Below are positions 12,051 to 24,780 of a stretch of 64,000 nt of DNA, one piece after another. The notes below the pieces were generated by a model. The model was not told the DNA's origin. It did no database searches and saw nothing but the letters and a program-made list of their open reading frames with translations. Both the position numbers and the translations under genes were made by a program. Each line of letters begins with the position of its first letter. Position 1 is the stretch's first letter. Where the stretch lies: assembly GCA_052327205.1 (NCBI GenBank), contig JBMRGM010000043.1:31062001-31126000 (forward strand), read 5' to 3'. This DNA is from Somniosus microcephalus. Its lineage: Eukaryota.

Positions 12051-13053
12051 TTATAAGTTACACGGTGGTGATATATCTCAACATTCTCTACAGTTCCTAA
12101 TTCACTTTCAACACTGCACCCACTTTTTTTTTTAAACTGATACCCAAATATCAATGATACATTCTTCCTTTTATTTGGTATTGAATCCTCCCTTCCATTT
12201 AGGACACAATGGGTCAAATTTGCTTTTCCAATGGAGTTGAAAGCAGGTGGTAAGGGATGGCCGGCCAGTTTTACACACAGCCTACTTTCCATTTCCAAAT
12301 TCGGCTGGAGTGTAAGACGAGCGGCTGAGCCTTTACCACCCATATTCTGCTGGACGGTAAAAGTGAATATTAACTTCAACTTTCCAACTTGCCGCTCGGG
12401 CATAAACTGCCATTTCTGGTCAGCCGTCCAATTGAGATTGCGCCCGATTATCCTGTGAAACAATTTCGAAGCTATGAAAATCCGGCGAGTGCTGTTTCTT
12501 ACTGCCCAGCAGTAATGTGGATCATATACCCCCCGCCAGGAGACACTCTTACTACGTTACAATCTTCAACCATAATCAGTATAACTTAATTTGGGGCCGC
12601 AGCACACAGCGAGCACTAACGAATCTATTGCACATTTTGGACTCGACCGATTTTATTTTCCATAAATTTCAATGGATCAAAAATGATCTAGAGGATTTCT
12701 AAATGGACAGCCGATTCGCTACATTTCGCTTTGCGGTGTCTTCAAGGACCAATTTCTACTGAAGTGAGTCATGATAAGGGAAATCTGGAAAATATCTGAG
12801 GTAATTCAGGATCTGCTGAGAGAACGACGTTAGACCCCTGGGGAGGAAAGTGCCACGGATCGGCAACCTGTCTACCTTGAGCTTCTTCAACTGGTCCAAT
12901 GGATGTGGACTTGCAAGTTTAAGGTTATGTCTCTTGTAAACTGCTTGCTTGTTTTTGATATTTATTCTACTATTTCATCTTATTTGAAAGTAACATTTCC
13001 GTTGTCCACGATTATTGTTAAACTTTAATCTCTGTGAACATTTCCGCACTTAG

Positions 13054-13139
13054 GGAGGCAACTAGAAACAGACCTCCAAGTGAAGAGAATTCTGCAGACA
13101 ATTCCGAGTCTGCAGGTGTGCGATCAGCTCAAAGCACCG
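13054..13139 (+). CDS. Gene 1 cytoplasmic exon 2, tyrosine-less (EATRNRPPSEENSADNSESAGVRSAQST)
   Basis: cacttag| acceptor, G|gtaagt donor, 86 nt, phase 2-1, matching the previous exon. Paralog of 55121-55212. Confidence 0.8.
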
Positions 13140-13409
13140 GTAAGTTCAACCTGATCAGCATGTGATGAACCGTAGATTGTTTGGGGTAACATTTCCATCG
13201 GAAGTTCTCTCCAATATCGTTATCACTTCGGCAGAAGTTAGGCTACAACTCCAGAGAGATCACCCTTTCTGCAAGTTTTCCACGGAAATTCCACCAACGT
13301 TACGACGAGACATTGGGAAAAACCACATAGAGTTTCTATTTCCTTCTCTGCGTACACTCAGCACAATCTAGCGTTAGGTTTTCTTCTTCACTGTCTGGAT
13401 ATTGACCTA

Positions 13410-14100
13410 TTATATCTCTAACATTATCTCAAAGTCTATGTCAGTGGCTGGTCTACATCTATATCTGTGTCTATGTCTATGTCTCTCTCTATGTCTATTC
13501 CTATCTCGAACTCTATGTTGATCTCTATGTCCACCTCCATCAATCAGTCTTTACCTATCTCCATATCTATGTCTAGCTCTATCTTTATATCTCTACTTCT
13601 TTATCCACCTCCATCTCTCTATCTCTACGTATATCCCAGTCTCTCGCAATCTATCATCATGCCTCACTATATTTCTTTACATTTATCTCGCTTTCCATCG
13701 CTCCATCTCTCTCTCTATCTATCTATTTGTATCTATCTCTATTGATCACTCTGTCTTGCTGGTTACAACTCTATCTCTCTCTGTCTATGTCCATTTAGAT
13801 ATCGATCTCTAGCTCCCCTATCTCTACGTCTATGCCAGACTCTTTCTATATGTTTATGCACCTCTATTTGTATCAAATAATTTATTAGTATCTCTATCAC
13901 TGGCTCTAGTTATTTGTCTACCAGTAACTCCAAATTTATGTCCGTCTCAATCATCTCTCTGCCTCTGTGCCTATCAATATCTATTTCGATTTATATCCCT
14001 CTTTCTCTATATTCTATCTCTATCTTTATCTCTATCACTATCACTATCTCTGTCTCTATCTCTACCTCTGTCTAAAATCTCTACTCCCTATCTCTTTCTC
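13410..14100. repeat. Low-complexity (TATC/TC)-rich tract
   Basis: Degenerate tctatc/tatctc repeats. A comparable shorter tract precedes the ITIM exon of gene 2 (56750-56960). Confidence 0.85.
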
Positions 14101-14129
14101 TAAACCGTCATTAATCTCTGATATTACAG

Positions 14130-14170
14130 TCGTACTCTTATGGACACCTGTTGCTTGCGAAACTGTGTAA
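14130..14170 (+). CDS. Candidate terminal exon of gene 1 (VVLLWTPVACETV*)
   Basis: attacag| acceptor in phase 1, TAA at 14168-14170, AATAAA at 14202. The flanks resemble those of the gene 2 LVYSEV exon. Other acceptors (e.g. 13361) are possible. Confidence 0.3.
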
Positions 14171-15169
14171 ATCCTGAGTGAAATATGATGGCTCTCTACA
14201 GAATAAAATTGTGCCTTATGTAAAGAATCAGAAAGTTAAATTATACTAATATTGCAGTTAATTTACTTGGATACTCTTAAGAGCCGAGATGGATTTCCTT
14301 CTCCACCACTCGGTCGAACGAAATAAAAGTGATCTTACTGTCCTTAGATATCTTTTTCTTAATCTTTATATTCGATCTGATAATTAATTCCTTGTGAAAA
14401 CATATCAAACGAGTAACAGAAATGGACTCAAAATGTGCAATACAATAGAGAATTTTGCATTGATAGAATGTTAATTTCCTTTCATGGAAAGTTTGAATCT
14501 TCTGACTGTAACGAGGCTCATGTGACATGAATCATCAGCAACTGGAAGGCAATCGAGAGCCTGAGCACCAAGAAGATAAATACAGATGTTCGGAGTCTAC
14601 AGGAATCTACAGAAAATTCTGAAGGCAATAGTTGAAGCAAGCATGTTATTCCTACAAGTGACTAAAGAACAATATTGCTGGGGAGCACCTCAGTTCGTGA
14701 TGTTCATTCAAAGCAAAAACTGTCAATCGTCACGATTCAACCACGATTTGGATTTTTCTTCACAAGAGCCTCTATGTACAGAACCTGATTCATTTCATTG
14801 CTGTATACAGCTGTTGATGCCTCATCACAGAGAATAAGGGGCCCAAGTTGAATAACTTCAGCATCTGTTTCTGGATGTAGATGCCATGAGGCCAATGATC
14901 TAATGAAACTTTTGGTAAACTAGCTTCCTGACTGTGCCTGAAATATTTTCATTCTGACCTAAATGACTTTCGATCGCTTGGACATTTCGCTTGTATACGC
15001 CAGATTAATAACTGCTTACCTCCCAGATGTTTCGGGACATCTTCTGATTGATTGATTTCGCCTGGAGTTTCTGTATTGGTACTAATTGTCTGCTTATAAA
15101 CCTGGATGTATCATTTCAGCTACTGAAGAATTGGATTAGGTTCTGGACAGTTTCATGTGTAAGCCTTAT

Positions 15170-15275
15170 TCATAAGAACATAAGAAATAGGAGCAGGAGT
15201 AGGCCAATCGGCCCCTCGAGCCTGCTCTGCCATTGAATTAGATCATGGTTGATCTGATCCTAACCTCAAATCTAC
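15170..15275 (-). mobile_element. CR1 3' tail fragment
   Basis: aagaacataagaaataggagcaggagtaggcc..cgagcctgct..gatcatgg is the reverse complement of the CR1 3' UTR. Confidence 0.8.
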
Positions 15276-15589
15276 TTCCACTCTCCATCCCACCCGAACC
15301 TATGTGATCTCCCAGGAGAGGAGAAAAACCAGATAAAAAACCCAATGGCCAATTTGGGAGAAAAAATCTGGGAAATTCCTCTCCGACCTATCTAGGCGAT
15401 CGAAACTCGTCCAGGAGAGCACTCTGTCCATGTTATTCCTACAGTACTTACCTTCTGTAAAAGGTGACCTCCACCCCAGCCAGCAACAGGCCCAATTTAC
15501 TCTTGAAGGACACCTAGCTGGCAGCCTGTTCCCGAGGTCTCCACTAATTCCTGTGAATAGAACCATCTCCTGAAATGTAGCACAGAATT

Positions 15590-18500
15590 AGAACACAAGA
15601 AGTAGGAGCAGGACCAGGCTACACGGTCCCTGGGCCCACTCCGCCACCCACAGAGCCATGACCGATCCGAACCTAGACTCATGTCCAATTTCCTGCCCGC
15701 TCCCCGTAACCCCTAATTCCCTTTACTTCTAGGAAACTGTCTATTCCTGTTTTAAATTTATTTAATGATGTAGCTTCCACAGCTTTCTGGGGCAGCAAGT
15801 TCCACAGACCTACTACCCTCTGTGTGAAGAAGTTTCTCCTCATCTCAGTTTTGAAAGTGCAGTTTCTTATTCTAAGATTATGCCCCCTAGTTCTAGTTTC
15901 ACCCATCATTGGGAACATCCTCACCGCATCCACCCGATCAAGCCCCTTCACAATCTTATATGTTTCAATAAGATCGCCACTCATTCTTCTGAACTCAAAT
16001 GAGTAGAGTCCCAATATACTCAACCACCCCTCATATGTCCACCCCCTCATCCCCGGGATTAACCGAGTGAACCTTCTTTGTACTGCCTCGAGAGCAAGTA
16101 TGTATTTTCTTAAGTATCGACACCAAAACTGTATGCAGTATTCCAGGTGCGGTCTCACCAATACCGTGCATAACTGCAGCAATACCTCCCTGTTCTTATA
16201 TTTTATCCCCCTAGCAATAAAGGCCAACATTCCATTGGCCACCCATGCCAGACTATTTCCCCAATTCCATGATCATCTGCTGCACCTGCATACTAACATT
16301 TGGAGTTTCGTGCACCAGGACCCCCAGTTCCCTTTGTACTGCAGTACTTTCCAGTTTCTTGCCATTAAGATAATAACTTGCTCTATGATTTTTCCTGCCA
16401 AAGTGCATAACCTCACACTTTCCAGTATTGTATTCCATCTGCCAAATCTCTGCCCACTTATTAGCCTGTCTATGTCCCTTTGCAGGTTTTTTATGTCCTC
16501 CACACTCACTACTTTCCCTCCCATCTTTACATCTTCTGCAAACTTTGATATGTTACACTCGGTCCCCTCCTCCAAATCGTTAATATAGATTGTAAAGAGT
16601 TGAGGACCCAGCACCGACCCCTGCTGAACACCACTAGTTACTGATTGCCAGTCTGAGAATTAACCATTTATCCCAACTCTCTGCTTTCTGTTAGATAACC
16701 AATCCTCCACCCATGCCAGACTATTACCCCAATTCCATGATTTTTTATCTTGAGCAAAAATCTTTTGTGTGGCACCTTGTCAATTGCCTTTTGGAAGTCT
16801 AAATACACTACGTCCACTGGTTCCCCTTTAATCACCCTGTATGTTACGTCCTCAAAAAACTCAAGCAAATTTGTCAAACATGACTTCCCCTTCATAAAAG
16901 CATGCTGACTTTGTCCTATTAAATTATGTTTATCCAAATGTCCCGTTACTGTCTCCTTATTAATGGACTCCAAAATTTTACCAACCACAGATGTTGGGCT
17001 AACTGGTCTATAGTTTCCAGCCTTCTGCCTACTACCCTTTTTAAATAAGGGTGTTACATTAGCAGTTTTCCAATCTGCCGGGACCTTTGAATACAGGGAG
17101 TTTTGGAAAATTATTACCAATGCATCCACAACCCCTACCGCCACTTCCCTCAAGACCCTAGGATGTAAGCCATCAGGTCCAGGGGATTTATCCGCCTTGA
17201 GTCCCATTATTTTACCGAGTACCAATTCCTTATTGATTTTAATCGTATTTAGCTCCTCCCCCCCTAGAGCCCCCTGTTTGTCCAGTGTAGGGATATTCCT
17301 AGTGTCCTCTTCCATAAAGATTGAAACAAAATATTTGTTCAGCGTTTTTACCATCTCCATGTTTCCCACCATTAATATCCCTGTCTCATCCTCTAAGGGA
17401 CCAACATTTACTTTAACCACCCTTTAACTTTTTATATAACTATAGAAACTCTTGCTATCTGTTTTTATATTTTATTTAATTTACTTTCATAATCTATCTT
17501 CCCTTTCTTAATCAATTTTTTAGATACTTTTTACTGTCTTTTGAAGGCTTCACAATCTTCTATCCTCCCACTAGATTTGGCTACCTTATATGCCCTTGTT
17601 TTTAGATGGATACTTTACTTAATTACTTTACTTAGCCACGGATGGCTGTCATTTCTTTTACACCCTTTTTTCCTCAGTGGAATATATATTTTTTGAAAGT
17701 TGTAAAATAACTCCTTAAATGTACACCACTGGTCATGTACCGTCTTACCCTTTAATCTATTTTCCCAGTCCACTCTAATCAATTCCGCACTCATAACTTC
17801 ATAGTCTCCTTAATTCAAGCTCAGTACGCTTGTTTGAGATCCAACCTTCTCGCCCTCTAATTGAATATGGAATTCAACCATGTTATGGTCACTCATTACA
17901 AGGGGATCCTTTACTAGGACATTTTTAATTAATCCTGACTCATTAAACAGGACCAGATATAAGGTTGCTTGCCCCCTGGTCGGTTCAGTTGCATACTGCT
18001 CAAGAAACCCATCCCTAATGCACTCAATAAACTCTTCCTCAAGGCTGCCCTGCCCAATTTGATTTGTCCAGTTAATATGATAGTTAGAATCCCCCATAAT
18101 TATAGCTGTTCCCTTATTCCAAGCCCCAACTATTTCCTGATTAATACTCCGTCCAACAGATTTGCAACTTTTAGGAAGCCTATAGACTACGCCCACTAGT
18201 GTTTTCTTCCCCTTATTATTCCTTATCTCCACCCAAACTGTATCTCACAATCCTGATCCTTTGACCCAATATCATTTCTCTGTATTAGTGATTCCTTCCT
18301 TTATTAACATAGCCACCTCACATCCCCTTCCTTCCTGCCTGTCCTTTCTGATTGTTAAATACCCTGGTATGTTTAATTCCCAGTCATGGTCAACCTGCAG
18401 CCATGTTTCTCTAATGGCCACAAGATCATACCCATATGTAGTTATTTGTGCCGTTAACTCGTCCATTGCGTTACGAATGCTACATGCATTCAGATAAAGA

Positions 18501-18722
18501 ACATTCAAATATGTTTTGTATACTTAGTCCTTGCTTTTTCCCCTTTTACTACTTTACATTTTACTCCATACCTTCTGTCCCTTCCTGACACGCTCTGATT
18601 TTTAATTCCCCTACTGTTACCTAGGTCTATGACCTTCTCCGTTGTCATTTTTATTATTTGCTCTCTAGAAACCTCCCTCCTCCCCCCCACCACTTATTAG
18701 TTTAAAGCCCTCTCTACAGCCC
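15590..18722 (-). mobile_element. CR1 LINE with near-complete ORF2 (APE endonuclease + RT), frameshifted
   Basis: ORFs: 18272 (LYLNACSIRN..VAIRETW, endonuclease), 17810 (GVVYR..IIMGD..SDHN), 16668 (KSPGPDG..NYRPVS..YLDFQKA), 16273 (FTIYINDL..SKFAED), 15679 (C-terminus). 3' tail near 15590. Confidence 0.96.
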
Positions 18723-19662
18723 TGAAGCTATTCTTTCTGAAGCATTCCGAATATTTGTTACCCTAATAATTCTCTGCAGGACAATTTATTTCAGTGCTAT
18801 GTTTCCTTGAATATAACATATTGACGTTGGAGCACACCGATTGGCCGATTTTAACTTGGCTGTATCATTTCAGCTCCTGATCAGTTAGGTTCGGGCCTCG
18901 ATATTTTCACGTAATAGCTGATTGGCTTTATGTAAACTTGGCACTCTATTTTGGCAGCTGAATACATAATTTTAACCGGAATGATTCTCTGCTGGCTGCC
19001 CTCTTTCAGTGACGGGATATTCGAACATTTCTCATGGCATTCGGAGAAAACTGATTGGCTGATTGTAAGCACAGTGGGCTCTTCCAATATAAAAATAATC
19101 GCAATTACTATTGCAACACATATGATCAGGAATTTTGGTAACGTACCCGTCTGAAGTCTGTTCCCTATTACTGAATGAACAACACAGTACTGAGCGCATT
19201 CTGCTTTTCAATGGCAGGTGTAATCAATATCTTAGGAAGGGAATATTCTGACTGATCTGTAACATGAATCGTCTTTCTTATAAGATAACTAATTAGATGA
19301 ATGATTAACTATTAGTAAGCCTGAACATGAAATAGCTACGTTGGTTATTGTTGAACAGACTGGGGAAGGGGACGAATCTCTGGTTGAAAGGGTGAAGAAG
19401 TGCGAATTTTTGAAATAAATCTGAGTGTGGAGATGCCGTGTTGGATAGTTTGAACATGAGCGCCGGGTCTGATACACTTGTTTATTAACCTGACCTGTAT
19501 CACCCGTGACTTGACTCACTGAAAGTGATGGAGGGGTGGAGGGGGGGACTCTTGCATGTTTAACGCTGCTGTGTATGAAAATGTTGCTGCAGTTAGTCCA
19601 AGCACAGTATGTGACTTAAAGGAAGTCGACAGCGGTACAGGTAATTTACTGATACATTGGGT

Positions 19663-20595
19663 AAACATAGAGATAGGAACAGGAGTAGGCCATTCGGCCC
19701 TTCGAGCCTGCTCCGCCATTCAATGAGATCATGGCTGATCTTCGTCTGAGATCATAGCTGATCTTACCAGTTCAGTACCCCGTCCCCGCCTTTTCTCCGT
19801 AACCCTTAATCCCCTTAGCCTTCAGAAATATATCCAATTCTCTCTTGAAAATATTTATTGAATTAGCCTTCACAGCCCTCTGTGGCAGGGAATTCCACAG
19901 GCTCACCACTCTTTGAGTGAAGAAATTCTTCCTCATCTCTGTTTTAAATGATTTGCCCGCTATTTTTAGACTGTGGCCCCTGGTTCTGTGCTCCCCTGCC
20001 ATTGGAAACATTCTCTCTGAATTCAGCCTGTCCAGGCCTGCCATAATTTTATATGTTTCGATGAGATCCCCTCTCAACCTTCTAAACTCCAGTGAGTACA
20101 AGCCCAAACTATTCAATCTCCCCTCGTAGGTCATTCCCGCCATTCCAGGTATCAGCCTGGTGAATCGCCGCTGCACTCTTTCCATGGCAAGAACATCCTT
20201 CCGCAGATGGGGCGACCAAAACTGTACACAATACTCCAGATGCGGTCTCACCAGCACCTTGTACAGCTGTAGTAAGGTATCCCTATTCCTATACTCGAAC
20301 CCCCTTGATATGAAGGCCAACATACCATTTGCCTTCTTAATTGCCTGTTGCACCTGCATGCTCTCCTTCAGTGACTGGTGCACAAGAACACCCAGGTCCC
20401 TCTGCACTTCCCCATCTCCCAATCTATTGCCATTTAGATAATAATCCACCCTCCTGTTTTTACCCCCAAAGTGGATAACCTCGCATTTATCCACATTATA
20501 GTGCATCTGCCACATATCCGCCCATTCCCCCAACCTGTCCAAATCGCACTGTAGCCTCCTGACATCCTCATCAGAGCCCACCCCTCCTCCTAGTT
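19663..20595 (-). mobile_element. CR1 LINE, 5'-truncated, with uninterrupted 269-aa RT C-terminus
   Basis: ORF 19772-20581 has no stops. 3' UTR tail (tctatgttt) near 19665. Confidence 0.95.
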
Positions 20596-21299
20596 TACAA
20601 TTTCAGATGGATGACAGCATAAGTGCAGGCAGCATCATTGATTAGTGAGGACAATGATATTGAAGCATATTTAAAAGCTACTCACAGTTTGATGTGGTGT
20701 AAATGATTCACAGCATAATAGTTTCGCCACAGACTGAGGCAGGCAGGATTGGTGCTCGACACATGGCATTTTAGTGCCTTGAAGAAAGACTGGGGAGGAT
20801 AGTATTTTGTGACTGAATGTCGAGGAGAACTGAAGATTCGCTGACAGACTGCATTTTACAGACTGGAACAATGGTATTATCCTTTGCAGTTAAAATCCAG
20901 ACAAAGCGACATGGACAAGATTTAATTGGTTTATAACATATTAGTAAAAATATAACTTTTTAAATACAGGATAACAAAACTGAGTAAGTGTTATAATCAT
21001 TACTATTTAGATTGTTGTTAGACAACCGATATTCTGGTAATGCTTGGGACAGGAGTACAATTATTGATTCACAGCCAGCCTGCTCAGGGACACGAATTAT
21101 CAAAATAAAATAGAAGCTGATGGTGTGAATGACTTGCAGGCAGGTTGGGGATGAAAGTTATTACCAACATCCAAAGACTTGGACATCTGAAGTATAATTT
21201 GAGAACCAGCAATGGACAGGGTTGATGCCAGTATGAGAGCAGGAACTAATAGAGATGCAGCGGAGAGGGTCAATATTGGGACTGTACCCAAACTTATAG

Positions 21300-21785
21300 G
21301 GCAATTTAGAGAGGGTGCAGAAGAGATTTATTAGAATGGTTCCCGGGATCAGGGTTTACAGTTACGTGGATAGACTACAGTAGCTGGGGTTGTTCTCCTT
21401 AGAGCAGAAAAGGCTAAGAGGAGATTTGATAAAGGTATTTAAAATCATGAAATGTTTATGTAGATTAAATAATTGAAAATCTTTCCAATGACTGAAGGAT
21501 CGATAACCAGGGGGGAGAGAATTAAGTTGATTGGCATAAAAACAGACGCGACATAAGGAAAAATTATTTTAATGCAACGAGTGGTTATGATATTGAATTC
21601 ATTGCCCAATAGAGTGGTGGATGCAGATTCAATAGCAGCCTTCAATAGGGAATTGGATAAATACTGGTAGGAGAAACAAACTTCAGGGATATGGGGCATA
21701 AGCGGTGCTGTGGTACCTTGAAAGAGCCGGTGCAGATTCGATGGACCGAATGGCCTCCTTCTGTGCTGTACTATCCCATGCTTCT
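21300..21785 (+). mobile_element. Old CR1 3' fragment
   Basis: gagagggtgcagaagagattt..agaggagatttgataaaggtatttaaaatcatg..tggcctccttctgtgctgta tail. Confidence 0.85.
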
Positions 21786-21839
21786 ATAAAATTATATACC
21801 CGTGCCAGTAGGACACTGATATGGTTAATAGATTCATAC

Positions 21840-22190
21840 AGCACGGTGGCATAGTGGTTAGCACTGTTGCCTCACAGCGCCAAAGACCCGGGTTCGAATC
21901 CGGCCTCGGGCGACTGTCTGTGTGGAGTTTGCACATTCTTCCCGTGTTTGCGTGGGTTTTCTCCGGGTGCTCCAGTTTCCTCCCACAGTCCAAAGATGTG
22001 CGGGTTAGGTTGATTGGCTATGATAAATTGACCCTTAGTGTTAGGGGGATTAAATACGTGGGGTTACAGGGATCGGGTGGGACATGTGTTGGTGTAGGGG
22101 TTACGGGGATCGGGTGGGATATGTGTCAGTGCAGGCTCGATGGGCCGAAATGGCCTCTATCTGCACTGTGGGGTTTCTGTGATTTCTGTG
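21840..22190 (+). mobile_element. HE1-type tRNA-derived V-SINE, full length
   Basis: Pol III A box (tggcatagtgg) and B box (ggttcgaatcc), V-domain (gtggagtttgcacattcttcccgtg..ccgggtgctccagtttcctcccaca), LINE-like tail ending tttctgtga x2. Confidence 0.9.
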
Positions 22191-23526
22191 ACAACACATA
22201 CTCAGTAATTAGAATGTTACACCACCACAATAACAACTTGAATGGACACATTTTTTAAACACAGTCAGCACTGAATGTGTAAGATATTCCATTGCCCTGC
22301 ATGTCTGCAATTAAATGGCTAAACTTATCTAGAGTGCAAAAATTAACGTTAAATTATAATTAGAATATTGGCTCTGTAGAGCCAAGTTAACGGTTACCTG
22401 GAGTGAGCCAGATGCTGGGACGAGATTGGGCAGCTAAAGCAGATACACTGGATAAGCCTGTGTTTAGGCTTCAGTAATTTGTGAGTTGAATCGCCTCTTT
22501 GTAAAACACCGGGTTAAACTCTCGGGACTTTAATGGTTAATGGTGCCAGTGTGAAACACGTTCAGTGGTCACAGCTCACATTAGTTGCAGCCCTTCACCT
22601 CGGTTCCCTCTCAACCGTTGTGCCATGCCACACACACAGAGCGGGTCTGACCGCTTCCGTAAACCCGTGAAAATAACAAGCCTTCAGCCTGGGGCCACAG
22701 ATCAGTCCAGTCTATGTGTTAACGGTACAAGATGCGCTTACAATAAATCATGTTCAAAACAGTTTCCAGAGATGTCTCCGGCCTGTATTCCAACTGTTCG
22801 CTTCTGATAAGAATGTATTTTAAAACTGCCAGGGCTAATTTCACGTTTCAACGTTAGGGTGAACTCGTCATCACGGTTTAAGTTCCCCTTTTCTCCAATG
22901 TGGTCAGAAGTCACACTGATCTCAGTGCGCAGTCGCGTGGTGCATGGGCAGTGAGCTCCACAGCTGCAGACTGCTCTCGTGGAACTCGCTCCAGCCGCTG
23001 TCTCCTCATTCCCCATAAGTACAGACTCGGGATCTGCGCGTGTGGGCGTTTGGTACTGAAGAAGTAGAACAGTGTCATCGGCTGAATGTGGGCGGGTACA
23101 TTTGTCGGGAACAGGAGTGGGAAGCGGAGCAATGCGCTTGGGAATAGATTGTTCTGTGTTTGACGGAATCGATCTGTTCTGGCTCTCAGTGCAAATGTTC
23201 ACCCACACCTGACTAAATAGAGGCTGCATTGAAAAAAAAAAAAATATGATCCATGAGTTCTTAAAAATTGGCTTGGCTCTCTCGAAGGCGAGTGACTGTC
23301 TGCAAAGTGGAAAAATGCAATGATTTGGGGAAAGGGCAGGGGAGTGGGATCAGTTAGCAAGTGCTTTCGAAGATCCGGCACAGGCACCAAGGGCCGAATG
23401 GCCTCCTTTTGTGCTGTATGATTCTATGACCTCACTTTTCAGTTAAAATGAACTGAAAACAGCTGAACCGAAGCGAGCGGTTTCACAGATGGAATGGAGC
23501 TTCTGCTTGGAGCCCCCGCTTTCTAA

Positions 23527-23557
23527 ATGAAGAACATCTGTCGCCTTCTGATCCTCT
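23527..23557 (+). CDS. Leader exon S1 copy 1 (MKNICRLLIL)
   Basis: ATG + 31 nt, T|gtaagg donor, phase 1. Paralog of 32149-32179. Confidence 0.6.
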
Positions 23558-24124
23558 GTAAGGGAATCTCAAATATCACTAGTGCCTTTGAAAATCTGCG
23601 TCATTCACCCCGGACCCACAATCAGATTAATAAGGCTCATTCTGTAAAAGGCAGCGACGCACTAAATTGATATTGACAGTTTCTGAAAGTAAGACATTTA
23701 TTTAAAATGCGTTGAAATGTCCTTACTATGTTTCAATTTTAATCTGAATTTAGTGCAACAATACTGGGTTTGATTCATCAGGGTAACAGGATCTTTCTGC
23801 TCATCTAAAGAGATCCACTTTACTATAACAGGTTGCTTCTAAACAGCATAATATTTTTGCTTTACCAATTATTTAGCCTCACCTGCAGAAACAGCTTTCA
23901 AATGTCTAATTTTTTTAGTTTTGTTTATAAGTAGGAATTAACAGCTTATGCACTTCATATGAAGTGTCGGCATTGTCCCATTTGTTTCACTCTTACTAAA
24001 TGCTATTAATAAATGCGGTGAGCTTTGCAGTGCTAGGTTTCTGTGGCTAGCTGTTAATCTTGGTCTAAAGCATTGCTTCATGGTTTTGTGTGGCACAGGC
24101 TGGCTTCTTGTTTAACATCTGCTA

Positions 24125-24780
24125 TAGAGAGACTGGGATAAAGATAGATTTATAGAGAGATAGAGAGGGACAAACTTTCACACAGACACAAACACACACA
24201 CACAAGCAGATAACGAAAAATGCAGAGAGAGACCGAGACAGAGATAGAGTCAAAGAGAGAGAGATGGAGTCAATGAGTCAGAGTGAAAGAGGAAGATTAA
24301 CACACGAGAGAGACAGAGTCACAGAGATACCTCAAGTCATAGACACAGATGACTGAGAGAGAGAGACACACAAAAAGAGGCAGAGAGAGAGAGAGAACAT
24401 GAGGGAGAGACAAGGAGGTACAGACACATAGTTAAACACACAGGTAGAATGGAACAACATGCAGTGGCACAGATAGCCAATGAGAGAGAGAGAGCGTCAA
24501 ATAGACAGAGAGAGAGCAACAGAGAGTGACATGCAGACAGTTACACTGACATATAAGGCAAGTCAGAGAGAGAGTGAGACCGAGAGTTATAGAGGCAAAC
24601 AGATGAAGACCGGGAAAGTGTGACAGAGAAAGATTCAGCAAGGGACAGACAGAGAGAGCCAGAGACAGACAAGCAGAAGGCAAACATTCAGGGAGGCGGT
24701 GGGCTAAAGATTCCGTGAGAGAGAGCGAAAGAGAGAGAGGCAGAGCGAGAGACACACAGATAGGGACAGAGCGAGAGCAT
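24125..24780. repeat. GA-rich low-complexity tract
   Basis: Degenerate (GA)n/(GACA)n. Paralogous tracts at 29680-29850 and 32770-33440. Confidence 0.85.

Larger units (their letters stand above)
1539..14170 (+). other. Gene 1: FCRL-like Ig-superfamily receptor, putative activating type (5' leader exons outside window; 3' end uncertain)
   Basis: Phase-compatible exon chain 1539-1793, 3589-3855, 6257-6535, 7415-7702, TM 9062-9163, cytoplasmic 9688-9718 and 13054-13139, possible last exon 14130-14170. Paralogous exon by exon to gene 2. Confidence 0.8.

Noticed and set aside
13467-14100. Ser/Leu/Tyr-rich ORFs (also 24337-24755, 29559-29802, 33222-33452)
   Set aside because: Artefacts of TC/GA low-complexity sequence.
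16067-16588. ORFs antisense to CR1 ORF2 (also 17197, 19917, 20160, 47460, 59802)
   Set aside because: Shadow frames of LINE coding sequence.
21840-21915. tRNA gene
   Set aside because: The A/B boxes are the head of an HE1 SINE and continue into the V-domain and LINE tail.
22738-23229. Minus-strand ORFs (also 28796-29107) that looked like a terminal exon, with a faint death-domain resemblance
   Set aside because: The apparent acceptor is just the reverse complement of the + strand S1 donor. The ORFs are not preserved across the three copies and overlap the promoter region.
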